Assembly: GCA_951406725.2 (NCBI GenBank)
Contig: OX597834.1
Location: forward strand, 5,518,001-5,582,000
Reading direction: 5' to 3'
DNA: 64,000 nucleotides
DNA from: Octopus vulgaris
Taxonomy: Eukaryota
In this document: positions 27,181 through 40,536 of the stretch, piece by piece
Numbering within the stretch: the stretch's first letter is position 1
How the letters are laid out: every line of letters begins with the position of its first letter
Position numbers and translations under genes: made by a program
The notes under the pieces: model-generated
Seen by the model: only the letters and a program-made list of their open reading frames with translations
Databases searched by the model: none
What the model was told of the DNA's origin: nothing

Positions 27181-27599
27181 ATCCTAAGTGAAAGTAATAA
27201 TGAAATCTTTTTTGTGTACATTAGTTACGTTCAAACAATTACTACGATGTCTCGTTAAAGTCTCTGATTCCATCCTAGGTTAGTCAATGGCCATTATTTC
27301 GGTGCCCATGTGATACATACTTTGATACAATTCGATTCTAATTATTTCATTTTTTAATTGGAGTCTACGCAGATATACATGTTAAAATAATACTTTTTGA
27401 CTAAAATACCGAAGTAGTGAAGATAACGGAAATCCATTTCAGTTACTGTCCGCCTCCATTCGTTTTTCTGATTTGTGTAGTAATCCTTTGCTTTTCCAGC
27501 AATGTCACATACTGAACCGACAACATAACGTCTAACACTGAATAAACGTAGCTACAGAAACTGTAATAGGCCTTCTCTGTTTGATGTTACACCGCTCCT

Positions 27600-28040
27600 A
27601 CGAAATGTCTTTTTGCATATCGTCATGGGTGTATGATTTCCAAGTTAGCATCTGGAAAATTACCTTTGCAGAGGGCTACTTGTATCCTTAAATGCCCAGT
27701 TTAGAAACCTGCTTATTTTCAGTAAAAACAATTGAAAATTCTTCAGCATTGAGAGTGCCTAAATGTTCTTTGCCATTATGCTAAAACAGATCTGGAATCG
27801 CTGTCCCGTAACATCTACGCTAGAAAGGATCTTTTGATATATCTGTCTAATCTGATGATACGTTGCTATTTGCACTGCGATCCCTCAATCCAACTGACAG
27901 AATTCAAATTAATAACTCCAACACCAACTGAAATCAATTCAAATGATATATCGGTAGGAAAAACTGAATTATAGAGGCCGGAAAGCTTCAATTTGAAGAT
28001 TAAAATATGGAGTTTTTGGTGCGATGAATGATGTAAATCT
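27600..28040 (+). pseudogene. Decayed iGluR/IR-like remnant (M1, pore, M3, start of S2)
   Basis: DFQVSIWKITFA; FSIESA*MFFAIMLKQIWNRCPVTSTLERIF; QSN/TEFKLITPTPTEINSNDI (cf. YTANLAAFLTV...PIESAEDL); LKYGVFG. Confidence 0.5.
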
Positions 28041-28191
28041 TACTCTCTCTTTTTCCTCCTCTGCTGTCCTTTCCCTCTCTCCCAACTCCCCTCTCTCTCT
28101 CCACATTCCTCTGGCTTTCCCTTTCTGTGCGTGCATATATATATATATATATATATATACATAGTTATACATACATACATACATACATACG

Positions 28192-28248
<57 letters not shown>

Positions 28249-28271
28249 ATATATATGTATATATATATATG

Positions 28272-28302
<31 letters not shown>

Positions 28303-28393
28303 GTATATATGTGTATATATATATATATGTATGTATGTATATATATATATATGTATATATACATATATATGTATATATATATATATGTATGTG

Positions 28394-28445
<52 letters not shown>

Positions 28446-28981
28446 CAATATATATATATATATATTTATGTATATACACCTTGTCCTCTTCCCATACATA
28501 TTCAAGTATATGTATACACACATGCAAGCGCATACACACACACCGCACACATATTACTCAGCAGAATGTTGAAGTTACAAAGTGACTCAAAGGATGCGTT
28601 TCATGCACTCCCTTCAATTAGAATGTCAGATGGAGTATCGCTGAAAGATTCTTAGATGCATATCAAATAGGAATCAGCAATGACGTAATTTTTGTCCCGC
28701 TGAGAAACGAGTAAAGCTGAAATGTCAGAGGTCACCAGGTATAGCTTTAATTTCAAAGAACACGTGCCAGTTGTCAACTCATAAATACAGGATTAAATGA
28801 ATGCTAATTACCAAACTGATAAGTACCACGCAAAAGACTCTTGACAGTCTCTTTAATAATTTGTGACGATTAAAAGATAACACAGTTAGAGACTGAGTTG
28901 GGTTTTTCCAGTTTATTTCACCAAACTTATGCATATATATATGCATATATATATGCACTTACACACATATATACGTATATA

Positions 28982-29286
28982 AAGTTAATCCAAACAAGAA
29001 AACACAAAAAAAACACAGCAACTCGAGGACGTGGAACAAATAAAGTATTATTGGACGCTCAGGAAAGCAGGGAAGAAGGAGGGTTTAACGTTTCGAGCGG
29101 AGCTCTTCGTCGGAAACGAAGGAGAAGGAAAGATCCCAAGAAGGGAAGACAGAGGAAAAAAATTGCTGGCGGTGCTCACGAGGTCACATATATATGTATA
29201 TATATATACATATATATATATACATATATATGTGACCTCGTGAGCACCGCCAGCAATTTTTTTCCTCTGTCTTCCCTTCTTGGGAT

Positions 29287-29290
<4 letters not shown>
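28982..29290 (-). mobile_element. PLE terminal fragment with a hammerhead and a 60-bp perfect fold-back
   Basis: Minus strand 29083-29117 reads gttt-CCGACGA-a-gagc-tcc-gctc-GAAACGTT-aaac. 29129-29188 is the reverse complement of 29231-29290. Confidence 0.65.
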
Positions 29291-29320
<30 letters not shown>

Positions 29321-29406
29321 GTGTGTGTGTGTGTGTGTGTGTCTATGTATGTATATGCATGCTTATCTATCTATCTATCTATCTATATAAATATACATAC
29401 ACACAC

Positions 29407-29438
<32 letters not shown>

Positions 29439-29609
29439 ATTTAAACTAAAGTGACGAGGGTTTCAGTTGATCGGAGCAACAGAACAGCTTGCTCCTGAAA
29501 TTGACATTTAAGTGGCTGAGCACATCACAGACACGTATGACCTCAACGTAGTTCTGAAGGAAATCCAGTATGACAAAGAGTGTGACAAGGCTGGGCCTTT
29601 GAAATACCG

Positions 29610-29828
29610 GTACAAGGGGCTAAACACAGAGGGGACAAAGAAGGGCAGACAAAGGGATTAAGTCGATTACATCGACCGCAGTGCGTAACTGGTACTTATT
29701 TAATCGACCCCGAAAGGATGACGGGCAAAGTCGACCTCGGTGGAATTTGAACTCAGAACGTAACGGCTGACGAAATACCGCTAAGCATTTCGTCCGGTGT
29801 GCTAACGTTTCTGCCAGCTCGCCGCCTT
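29610..29828 (-). mobile_element. SINE family A monomer
   Basis: Complete core and head (ctgccagctcgccgcc). Confidence 0.92.
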
Positions 29829-30489
29829 ATAAATACATATATATCGATAGAGCACTGAAGACATAAGCGAAATAATAAAGAAAAATATTTCTCGAAAGAA
29901 CCTACTTTAACAAACAGACAAATAATGAACAAGAAAGGCATAGATTTGAAACGATATTTATTAAGAACATGAACATAAAAAGGTGTAAAAATATTTTCGA
30001 ATTGACAACAATGACAGACTGTATCTATTGGCAGTATTTGAAAGTGTATGTATATCAAATAATTGATGTCAACTTAGTTCTTTCATATTGTTCGTGTGTC
30101 ATCACTAGAAGGTGGCTAGCATTAAGTTGATATGACGGGCCGTGAGTGGGTAGGCGGAGTGCTTGGAATTTACTATGAAACTGACTTGAAATTCACAGTT
30201 CTAAAGTGTGATTTGACTGAAACTTGGCTAATACTTCTGAACAATATTTTTCCCCCTGTCTGCAGCCTTTTAGTTGTACTTATGCCTTATATCAGAAGTA
30301 AACGAACAGACATTTGATGAAGGGCTTTGCAACCATGACGATTGTCTCTGTATATAAATTCGATAACGATTTTAAAAATATTTGATGCCGTCCCGGGTAT
30401 TATGTAGGATACGATATTAGAAAATATAAATAGGAGATAACCTATATTCTCATTTATCTTCCTTTTGTTTAGAGAAATTTGAATTTGGA

Positions 30490-30833
30490 TGTGAGAATGG
30501 AGGGAAGCCGCTGGGGGAGGGGGGGCAAGGACACGGTCAAGCTATCTGGAGATGAGTTCGGTGGGGCAGTTGCAGGCGGAGACGATGGGGCGGCCAGGTT
30601 TGTTAGGCCTGTGGATTTTGGGGAGGAAGTAAATATTGGGGGTGCGAGGGGTGCGGACAATGAGGCTGGAGGCAGTGCTGGAAGACAGGAGGAGGAGATG
30701 AGGTCATGGGTAGTGGGGGACACAGTCTGTTGGTAGCTGGGCGTGGGGTCAGAGGGCAGAGGGCAGTAGAAGGACGTGTCTTGAATTTGGCGGAGAGCTT
30801 CTGCCTTGTAGAGGTCCGCGCGCCACACCACCT
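30490..30833 (-). mobile_element. Penelope-like element reverse transcriptase fragment (GC-rich)
   Basis: [25 protein letters not shown], then after a frameshift [37 protein letters not shown], the typical PLE RT PKIHK...RPIVS motifs. Confidence 0.9.
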
Positions 30834-30857
30834 GAGAGAGAGGGGGGAGAGACAGAC

Positions 30858-30912
<55 letters not shown>

Positions 30913-30954
30913 GGTAGGTAGGTAGGTAGGTAGGTAGGTAGATAGATAGGTAGG

Positions 30955-31042
<88 letters not shown>

Positions 31043-31431
31043 CAGAGGGATTGATTGATAGATACATAGATACAAAGATGCTCCAGATTTCTCCAAATCA
31101 TGTAATAACAGATGAAATGCAATAGAACTGATAATGTTAGCGATGTGTTATATTATAAACATTAAGCACGGTTCATGAGATCTACTCTTTAGATACAGGT
31201 ATGAGTTCGTCTGACATCGTGAAGTTTCACTACATCGAATTGTGCACCTAGGAAAGAATTCATATCTGTAATTTCCGGCATCTATCATGATGATGAATTA
31301 ACTGTTTCCAATAATGCTATGGACACACACCAGGTAAATTCTGGAACATACGTTCCAAAATTTCAAGATATGAAGTATAAAAATCACCATTGTATCTAAC
31401 AACACCATAGTCCCTATCAACTTTAGCACCT

Positions 31432-31499
<68 letters not shown>

Positions 31500-31507
<8 letters not shown>

Positions 31508-31710
31508 TCTTTTACTTGTTTCAGTACTTTGACAGCGGCCATGCTGGAGCACCACCTTTAATCGAGCAACTCGACCCCGGGACTTATTCTTTTGTAAGCC
31601 CAGTACTTATTCTATCGGTCTCTTTTGCCGAACCGCTGAGTAACGGGGACGTAAACACACCAGCATCGGTTGTCAAGCAATGCTAGGAGGACAAACACAG
31701 ACACACAAAT

Positions 31711-31773
<63 letters not shown>

Positions 31774-31945
31774 CATATATACGACAGGCTTCTTTCAGTT
31801 TCCGTCTACCAAATCTACTCACAAGGCTTCGGTCGGCCCGAGGCTATAGTAGAAGACACTTGCCCAAGATGCCACGCAGTGGGACTGAACCCGGAACCAT
31901 GTGGTTGGTAAACAAGCTACTTACCACACAGCCACTCCAGCGCCC
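31500..31945 (-). mobile_element. SINE family B, full length, with (CT)n at the tail
   Basis: Reverse complement of the 9142-9560 organisation. Confidence 0.93.
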
Positions 31946-32150
31946 ATTCATACAACTTTATAAGGAAACGAATATGGAGACATGCCACCTATTCATAGTT
32001 TTAAACATCTAATGAAGAACATAAGTCGACTCCAAAGAATGTTACTTTGATGAGTGGGTGGAGCTATCATATTAGTGCCGCAATGGCGGTTGACATAAAG
32101 ATGAAGGAAATCATATCTTCAACGATATTAGCAATAATACTCATAATTAA

Positions 32151-32279
32151 CCCTTTGAGTCCTGACCTCTTGAACCTTATTTTACCATATACCTGGCACT
32201 CCACCAGTGCTACGGCATAGAGTGGTGCTACTGTATAGAGAAAAATAAGCCATCCAATCGGTGCTACGGGCTCTAAGGG
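32151..32279. mobile_element. piggyBac-type MITE
   Basis: TTAA|ccctttgagtcc...gggctctaaggg|TCAA, with imperfect 13-bp TIRs and internal gtgctac repeats. Confidence 0.5.
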
Positions 32280-32450
32280 TCAAGAGAATTAGAAAGGAAA
32301 GGCATTATAGCATGATTTGGCTCATGGTTGCTTAATGTAAAATTCTATGTTTAAAATCTTTATCAGCTTAGTAGGGATCAGACCACGGATATGGGGAATT
32401 AATTGGCACACATAATCATGAAAAATATATTACAAATACTTACAAATCCT

Positions 32451-32765
32451 AGGCGTAGGAGTGGCTGTGTGGTAAGTAGCTTTCTTACGAACCACATGGT
32501 TCCGGGTTCAGTCCCACTGCGTGGCACCTTGGGAAAGTGTCTTCTACTATAGCCTCGGGCCGACTTAAAACGCCTTGTGAGTGGATTTGGTAGACGGAAA
32601 CTGAAAGAAGCCCGTCGTATATATGCATATATATACGACGTTTGGGTTACATAATCAAAGTTTGCCAAGGCAGGAGTGAACGCTTTCGTTTCTAATAAAA
32701 ATACCCTTGTCTCTGTCACACAGACACATGCTGATAATCGCACACGCACACACACACACACACAT

Positions 32766-32805
<40 letters not shown>

Positions 32806-33265
32806 TTACATAAATTTACATACGCACACATACAGAAGATTGTATGGTAAGAAACTTGCTTTTCAAGCACATGGTTCTGGGTTCAGTCCTACTGCGTAGC
32901 AACCTGGGCAAGTGTCTTCTACTATAGCCTGGGTCTGACCAAAGCCTTGTGAGTGGATTTGGGGGAGAAACTGAAAGAAGCCCGTCGTACATATATATAT
33001 ATGTATATATATGTATATATATGTATATACACACATATATGCATTTGTGTGTCTGTGTTCGTCCCACCACTATCACTTGATTGACAACTGGTGTTGGTGT
33101 GTTTACGTCCCTGTAATTAGCGAATTAGTGGTTCGGCAAAACGGACCGATAGAATAAGTACTAGGCTTACAAAGAATAATTCCTGGGGCCGATTTGTTTG
33201 GCTAAAGCCGGTACTCCAGCATGGTCGGAATCAAGTGACTGAAACAAGTAAAAGAATAAAAGAAT
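32451..33265 (+). mobile_element. Two SINE family B copies (32451-32640 5' half; 32835-33265 near full)
   Basis: Head, CORE-like and tail motifs as in the other copies. Confidence 0.88.
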
Positions 33266-33600
33266 ATATGTGTGTGTGTGAGTGTGTGTCTCTCTGTCTG
33301 TCTGTCTATATGCATGTATGAATGTATGTATGAATGTATGTATGTATGTTCGTTTGTTTGTTTGTATGTGTTACGATTTAAATTGAAAATTCTTGGATAG
33401 GGCCAAGTATAGTGTTACATCTTTGAACAAAGACAATGATCTCGAAATAAATCTGCGAGAAAATTCACAAATACTTTTTTTCTCTTTACTTAAAATCACA
33501 ATAGAGTGTCATCATGTAATTTCAAACTGTTAAGGAATTCTCTTTTGAACTGTTGATACATACATACATACATACATACATACATACATACATACATACA

Positions 33601-33668
<68 letters not shown>

Positions 33669-33832
33669 AATAGATGAGTGTATTTTTACCTTGTTAACAA
33701 TTAACATGGAAAAAATAAATAAATAGTTACCAGGGCAGCAAAAATCTCACAAGTAAAGGTGTTGTAACTCCTTGTTTATAAAGGTAGAAACTTCGTGTTT
33801 ACGTTGAATATTTTGAGTTTCGTTTTTTTCAC

Positions 33833-33918
33833 ACCTTCCTGAGGAGAAGATTGCATCGTTTATACCATTTATTCTTTTGAATAGTATCAGTGGACTTTTC
33901 GAAACATGTGTCGAAAGT
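33833..33918 (+). ncRNA. Type I hammerhead ribozyme motif with an intact core
   Basis: Stem I (ac)cttc/gaa(agt), CTGAGGA, stem II gaaga/ttttc with inner tattc-tttt-gaata, GAAA, helix III ac-atgt-gt, GUC site. It lies in an element of about 300 bp between (TA)n tracts. Confidence 0.62.
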
Positions 33919-33957
33919 AAAAATATTTGATTACACCTGCGTTAACTCCATTTTTTA

Positions 33958-34017
<60 letters not shown>

Positions 34018-34505
34018 CGTGTTTGCATCAATCTGATTTGGTTTCATTGTTTACGAACAATAACGTTGTGTCGTTCACCACATATATTTATGTATCTGTA
34101 TATCTTCTGTCTGTGTTCATTTTTTTGTGTATTTGCGTGAGAATGTGTAAGGCCTGATGTCATTGAAACCATTCAGGCTTAACAACGTGAAATGGGTTGA
34201 ATTCCAACGGGACAAGTATTTTATCATAATTCTCTGTCATATGCAGCCATTATGTTTTTTTTCTTCTTTTTTCTTTCCAATTTTTAAATACATACCCATT
34301 CTCTCTTTCGCTCACACACATCGAAGCAAGTGAATACACATTCATTCACTCTAAGAAACACATTCGAATATACACACCATAAGCCCACAAACACATACTT
34401 ACAAGTACACTTACACAGTCACGCAAACACAAACACAGTCAATTAAACAGTCATACAGTCACACAGTCAATTAAAAATTCCATTTAAATTCAAAACACAG
34501 GCATC

Positions 34506-34548
<43 letters not shown>

Positions 34549-35174
34549 CACACATTCAGAAAAACACAATACCTTCAAGACTTACAAACAATACAAAAGA
34601 CATCAAAACACACGTATACACACACACACACACATACACACACACACATGCACACACACACATACACATTAATGGACAAAAACAAACCATTAAAACACGC
34701 ACTCTGGCTTGTACACATACATACACATACATAAACGTAGTCATATGTACACAAACAGAAGCTTACACACAGACACACGTGTGTTTAAAACTCTCTCTCA
34801 CACATGTATATGTAGACACCGACATACACAAACGCATATATAACCTACTACCACCATTACACACATATACACACATATATACACACTCACATACACACAC
34901 GTATATATAACCCACCACCACCACTACACACATACATACACACACATATACACTCACACATATATACACACTCACATACACACACGTATATATAACCCAC
35001 CACCACTACACACATGTACACTCACACATATACATATATAAACTCAGATCACACACAAAATAGATAAATAGATAGGTAGGTATGTATGTAGGTAGGTAGG
35101 TAGGTAGGTAGGTAAAAACACACACTCACACACACTTTCTTGCTCTCATCTACAAACATTTGAGCATTAATACC

Positions 35175-35405
35175 TATTTCTTTACTACCCACAAAGGGAT
35201 ACACACAGAGGGGACAAACAAGGACAGACGAACGGATTAAGTCGATTACATCGACCCCAGTGCGGAACTGGTGCTTAAATTATAGACCCCGAAAGAATGA
35301 AAGGTAAAGTCGACCTCGGCGGAATTTGAACTCAGAACGTAGCGGCAGACGAAATACCGCTAAGCATTTCGCCCGGTGCGCTAACGCTTCTGCCAGATCG
35401 CCGCC
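35175..35405 (-). mobile_element. SINE family A monomer with 15-bp TSD
   Basis: ttgagc(a/g)ttaatacc at 35160-35174 and 35406-35420. Confidence 0.95.
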
Positions 35406-36854
35406 TTGAGCGTTAATACCGTCTTCGTTCGTCTATCTCTTCTCTTGACTCTTTCTCTCCCAGCGGCCACATTCTCTCTCTCTCTCTCTCTCCACACACA
35501 AACAAATTCCAATTTAGAAATTCCATTAAAATGAAAACCACAGAACTAATAATATAATACCAGAGTATATAAGACATATTTTAGACAGGTCAACAACTGT
35601 CACGATGAGAGATGATAATCAGCATTGCTGCCATATTTACTGATAAACAAGTAATTAAGGAAAATTGAGTTAAAATTTAATGAACACTTTCCTCTAAGCT
35701 CTCTTTCTTCCTTTCCTTCTCTTTCCTGTCACTTTCATTTACTGTTTTATCTTCATTCTTGACGTTTGGTTTTCTTCCCCTCTTCTCTTTTGTATTTCAT
35801 TCTCTTCACTCTTTCATTAACTCTCCCCAGTTCTCTCTACTTCGTTCCCATCTTCATTCTGATATCTTTTCCTTCTCGTTCGTTATTCATTCCATTATTC
35901 CTGTCTTTATTTTGTTTTCTGATATTCATTCTTTCTCTCTTTCACTTTCCTTTCTTTTCCGCCATTTTCTGTTCTCATTCATTTTCCCATCTTTCTCTTC
36001 GTTTCTTTCTTTCTTTCCCGCCTTCTAATCTTTCTTCTCTTAGTTTCCTCCCCCTCACCTTAATTTTTTTTTACTTCCTTTAATTGCTTCCATTAACTCC
36101 AGCCTTTGTCAATTCAATTAAGGCCGTTATTCTGTATTTATTTTCAACTGATGCAAGGACAATTATCATTTCAATATATTATTTTATATCCCAGCAGATA
36201 ATAGCAATAATAATAAGGAGTAATGATGAGGGAGATCACGACTAGAATGAAGATTATGAAGACGATGGGAAAGATAAGGAGGGGATGAGGACGATTACTA
36301 GGTGTGGGGATTTCCACTATTAAAATGATGAGTGTAAAAATAATTATGATGATCGTTTTTTTATGATGACGTAGTGGTGGTAGTACTACCACAACTACTA
36401 CTAATTGTAGCAACAACAACAATAGCAATATCAATGGTTTTAAGTTTTGACAAGGGGCCAAGAGTTTTTGATGAGGCGGAGGGGAAGTTGATTACATCGA
36501 ACCCTTTACATGACTGGTCCTTATTTTATCGAGTGCGAAAGGAGGAAAGGCGCCAAGTCGACCTCGACAGAATTTGAACTCAGAAATTAAAAACCAAAGG
36601 TAAATTTGAAATATGCCGGTGCTAAAACCTGGATAACCCCTGCTCTGATTTTCAAATCTGCCGTAGAATATTCACAGGTTCACTGACCGGAATCGAACTA
36701 TCTTTCTTTCACTCGCTGGACAGTTGCATCATTGATTATAGAAATATAATGTTTCTGCACTTAGATCAGTATGGGCTTCTACTGAGAAATGTACATGATT
36801 CGAGTCTGTCAGTAGCACTGGTACTGCTTTCTGTTTCATTTTGAAGCATATAAT

Positions 36855-37286
36855 CTTTTCCATTCTAGATACAAGGCCCGAAATTTTGAGGAAAGGGGAT
36901 TGTCGATTAGATCGATCCCAGTACGCAACTGGTACTTAATTTATCGACCCCGAAAGATTGAAAGGAAAAATCGACCTCGGCGGAATTTGAACTGAGAACG
37001 TAAAGACAGACGATATACTGCTAAGTATTTCACCCGGCGTGCTAACGTTTCGATTTCTTTACTACCCACAAGGGGCTAAACACAGAGGAGACAAACAAGG
37101 ACGGATAAGAAGATTAAGTCGATTACATCGACCCCAGTGCGTAACTGGTACTTAATTTATCGACCCCCGAAAGAATGAAAGCCAAAAATCGACCTTGGCA
37201 GAATTTGAACTCAGAACGTAATGACAGACGAAACACTGCTAGGTATTTCGCCCGGCGTGCTAACGTTTCTGCCAGCTCGCCGCCTC
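36855..37286 (-). mobile_element. SINE family A dimer
   Basis: Two core units; the junction at about 37050 retains more of the head than in the other dimers. Confidence 0.9.
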
Positions 37287-38164
37287 ATTTAAATGCATAT
37301 ATTACCTAATAATACCTAATAAATTCTCAATCTCCCTAAATCATTGGCAGAGTCAGTTGAATATCGAAAAAAATCTTCTAGCATTTGGTCGACTTCAAAT
37401 TTTGCTAACGACGACTTCGCTTTTCTCAATACTCTATTTGGTAAAATATAAATACCGGAGAAAGAACTGGATTTGAAGTAACCAAATAATTCATTAAATG
37501 TAGAGCCATATTATGAGCGTGGCCCAATTACTAAAAATAGTAAAAGAATAAAACATTATTGACGAAAAGTCACTGCAAAAAGGATATATGTATTTGCATC
37601 GGGACCCTTCCATCGAAAACCGGTGATTGTCGTGCGCTGAAACGGGTCAATATCCAGAAACTGCAGTCCGTGCGTATCACTTAGGTTGATGAGGGAAGGA
37701 TGACCTCCCTTTGCAAATACCGATAGGGCACAGAAAGTGTGTCAATAGCCAGCTTGAGGAGATGTTCTCCTGGGGCTACGAGCTACAGTAACATCCACCC
37801 TTAGTGGTTAGCCATATTGAGATGGCAAATATACGTCACGATGTGTTGCAGTTACTGTCTATACCTCGTTCAGAGATTTGTTATTGCTTGAATAAAAAAT
37901 TGTTTTCTATGAAATTTCTGATACATTTCATGATTGTCCACCCCGTTAATCCTGGGATTTGATGCCTTATTCAGAATAACGAGAGCACCTTTACATGGTG
38001 CTTTATTTTGTAGAAAATAACAGCCAAATCCTTTTCAAATCCTATCCTACCACGTTAAGAAAGGATACAGGGAAATTCCTAGGCAATCATGGCTTCTCTA
38101 CGTTTGATCTTCGATCTGCACGCTCCGATCTAATATTGGGGTTAAACGACAGCTAATGTAAATA

Positions 38165-39050
38165 TAATGCCTTTCTATTCTCTCGATAGATTGCGACAAA
38201 ACTTATCTCTCATTGAATACAGGTTATTCAAATATACAAAGGGAAATTTTGTAACAGACGTTCAACCGGGGGAAATTGCATAGAAATACTTTGTAAAGCT
38301 TGAAAACAAAATTATAAATTTCAATCGATATTTCATCCCTCAATTACATCAGCCACTCTCGAAATATGGAGATCTCTCATACTAACTGTATGCTGTGAGG
38401 AAAATATAAAATTTATGATAGCTATTTGCCATGACTACCTATAGTTATATAAACTCATTCTATTGAGTTATCATAAAATTGGACAGATATCACATATTGC
38501 AGTTGGTTTGACGCATATGATTACTGTTGCTTTCATTGATATCTAGAGTATATCTGAAACTGTAAAGCACTTATTATGCATAATGATATCAGTTTAGTTG
38601 AACTAAACAACGGGAGTCGGCAAAAATTCTATATCGAAGCAGATGGTCGTAACGGTTGGGAGAGAAGGATCTGTCGTTCCATGTATGTAACCTTATTTGA
38701 GTGAGTTAATAAAGTTTTTTTTTTTCCTTTCTTTCTAAACAGGTCCGAAAGATCAGATTCTTTTTCTCTCCACAACATACGAACTTATTCAACACGTGGA
38801 CTTCATTCTACAAGTCCAATTATTCAGTAATGTGTTACCGTTCTGTGGCAGAGACGTTATGAGCATTAGCCTTAGTATGAAACATTTTGCACAGATTGGT
38901 AAACTCTGTAGTAAAAGATGCATAAACATGGTTTTAAACATGAATTGGTAAAGATTCATATTTCATAAGCAGCAGATAAATACCCATCTATGTTTAGAAG
39001 TATTAAAAAGTCTCATAGACCCACATTTCAGTTATTGACACATATGTAGA
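38165..39050 (+). pseudogene. Decayed iGluR/IR-like remnant (S1 through M4)
   Basis: GNFVTDVQPGEIA, HQPL/LEIWRSLILTV (M1), SHIAVGLTHMITVAFI (M3), VGREGS, LVNSVVK/KHGFKHELVK (end of S2) and HLCLEVLKSL (start of M4). Confidence 0.38.
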
Positions 39051-39353
39051 TAGAGTTGGATATACTTATATATACATATATAATATTGTGTGCAATACAT
39101 TTTGCCACAAGTTGAAACCGGCGGGCTATGACCTGTACAGAGCCAAAACAATGCAGAGTATTTTTTTCGACGCTCTAAAGAGTCTTCCAACTCACCGCCT
39201 TAAAATGTATTGTTATTAATAGCTGGAGGTATGTTTTTGGAGCGCTGTAATTTTCTGTTTAATCCACTTGTTTTAAAAGGTTCTATACTGAATTTTGTTG
39301 GTTAAATCGTTTTGCAAACCAGCTGTTCTTGGGGGCGGAGGCTGACGTTTGTT

Positions 39354-39463
39354 TACTTATTTAGAAGCAACCTTTCGAAGAAATTTGGAAGCAAAAAGAT
39401 TTGTATCATCTCCAGAATCTTTTTGCTTCCAAATTTCTTCGAAAAGTTGCTTCTAACTAAGTA
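39354..39463. repeat. 48-bp-arm inverted repeat with a 14-nt loop
   Basis: 39354-39401 versus 39416-39463, two mismatches. Confidence 0.95.
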
Positions 39464-39692
39464 GCCATTGAAAATGGCGACGAAAAGCGATGTGAGGAAG
39501 AAGGTGGTACGGCAATTTGTACGAAGTCTTTCCTGTCCTCCCCACCATAATCTGCAGTAGACAGCTGGAAGAACAGAAGGAAAAGCATAATAGCACCAGG
39601 TGGCTAAGTGGCACCCTCTTTTTCCTTTCCTTACTTCCTGGCCAGCAGAGCGGTTCTCAAAGTAGGTTGTTTCATGTACTTTGCCTCTTCTG

Positions 39693-39953
39693 TGTCATCT
39701 CTTGTGAAAGCTAGGAGAGTCCAGTTTGCTGGACATTGTTGTAGAGCTGAAAATGAGATAATTTTTACTCTTCTCCTCTGGAAGCCATCTACTCGCAATA
39801 CCAGAGGGCGCACACTCTCCTACCCTGATGTAATCTCCAGGGATACAGGCATCCAGCAACAGGACCTCCGTAATGCCATGATGGACCATGAAGTCTGGCG
39901 TAACATAGGAAATTCCATTGTCTCGACCACGGTCGAATAATGATGATGATGAT
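39693..39953 (+). mobile_element. RTE-clade LINE, 5'-truncated 3' end
   Basis: RRVQFAGHCCRAENE..LLLWKP..AMMDHEVWR followed by a (TGA)n tail. TSD cctcttctg at 39684-39692 and 39956-39964. Confidence 0.88.
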
Positions 39954-40064
39954 TTCCTCTTCTGACAAAAGATCTCAAGTAAGTCTATCCAATCTCTGTC
40001 GATCTGTTGCTACACAACAACGCAATGTCTATCACAGCTCCCTCCGTTGCATAAACTTGTTAAT

Positions 40065-40536
40065 ATCTATTTCTTTATTGCCCACAAGGGGCTAAACCAC
40101 AGAACAAGGACAGACAAACGGATTAAGTCGATTACATCAACCCCAGTACGCAACTGGTACATAATTTATCGACCCCGGAAGAATGAAAGGCAAAATCGAC
40201 TTCGCCGGAATTTGAACTCAGAACGTAAAGACAGACGAAATATTTATTTCTTTATTGCCCTCAAGGGTCTAAACATAGAGGGGACAAACAAGGACAGACA
40301 AACGGATTAAGTCGATTACATCAACCCCAGTACGCAACTGGTACATAATTTATCGACCCCAGAAGAATGAAAGGCAAAATCGACCTCGCCGGAATTTGAA
40401 CTCAGAACGTAAAGACAGACGAAATATTTATTTCTTTATTGCCCTCAAGGGTCTAAACATAGAGGGGACAAACAAGGACAGACGAACGGATTAAGTCGCT
40501 TGCATCGACCCCAGTGCACAACTGGTACTTAATTTA
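40065..40536 (-). mobile_element. SINE family A trimer
   Basis: Units of about 180 bp with the junction gacgaaatat|ttatttctttattgccc at about 40243 and 40426. Confidence 0.92.

Larger units (their letters stand above)
28740..30360 (-). pseudogene. Decayed iGluR/IR-like remnant (S1, M1, pore ... M4) fragmented by insertions
   Basis: IVMVAKPFI, YCSEVLAK..NHTLEL, LVMTHEQYE, FENIFTPFYVHV..FLFIICLF..LLFRLCLQC (ORF 29753-30058), and LKRLSRVFCVVLISLVISIHLIL/IYEL (about 28770-28860, M4-like). Confidence 0.42.
31150..32450 (+). mobile_element. Old PLE RT/linker remnant of a second family, interrupted by SINE B and a MITE
   Basis: LDTGMSSSD (cf. FDVTMGSYD), GIYHDDEL (cf. GLYRDDGL), KITIVSN..IV, QLYKETN and MIW. 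Confidence 0.5.

Noticed and set aside
28560-28800. Plus-strand S2-like reading (ESAMT, RYSFNFKEHVP)
   Set aside because: It overlaps a more convincing minus-strand M4-like reading. This shows the false-positive risk of manual motif matching, so it was not called.
30479-30840. GC-rich island as a horizontally transferred or host exon (ORF 30479-30736)
   Set aside because: The opposite strand encodes Penelope RT motifs.
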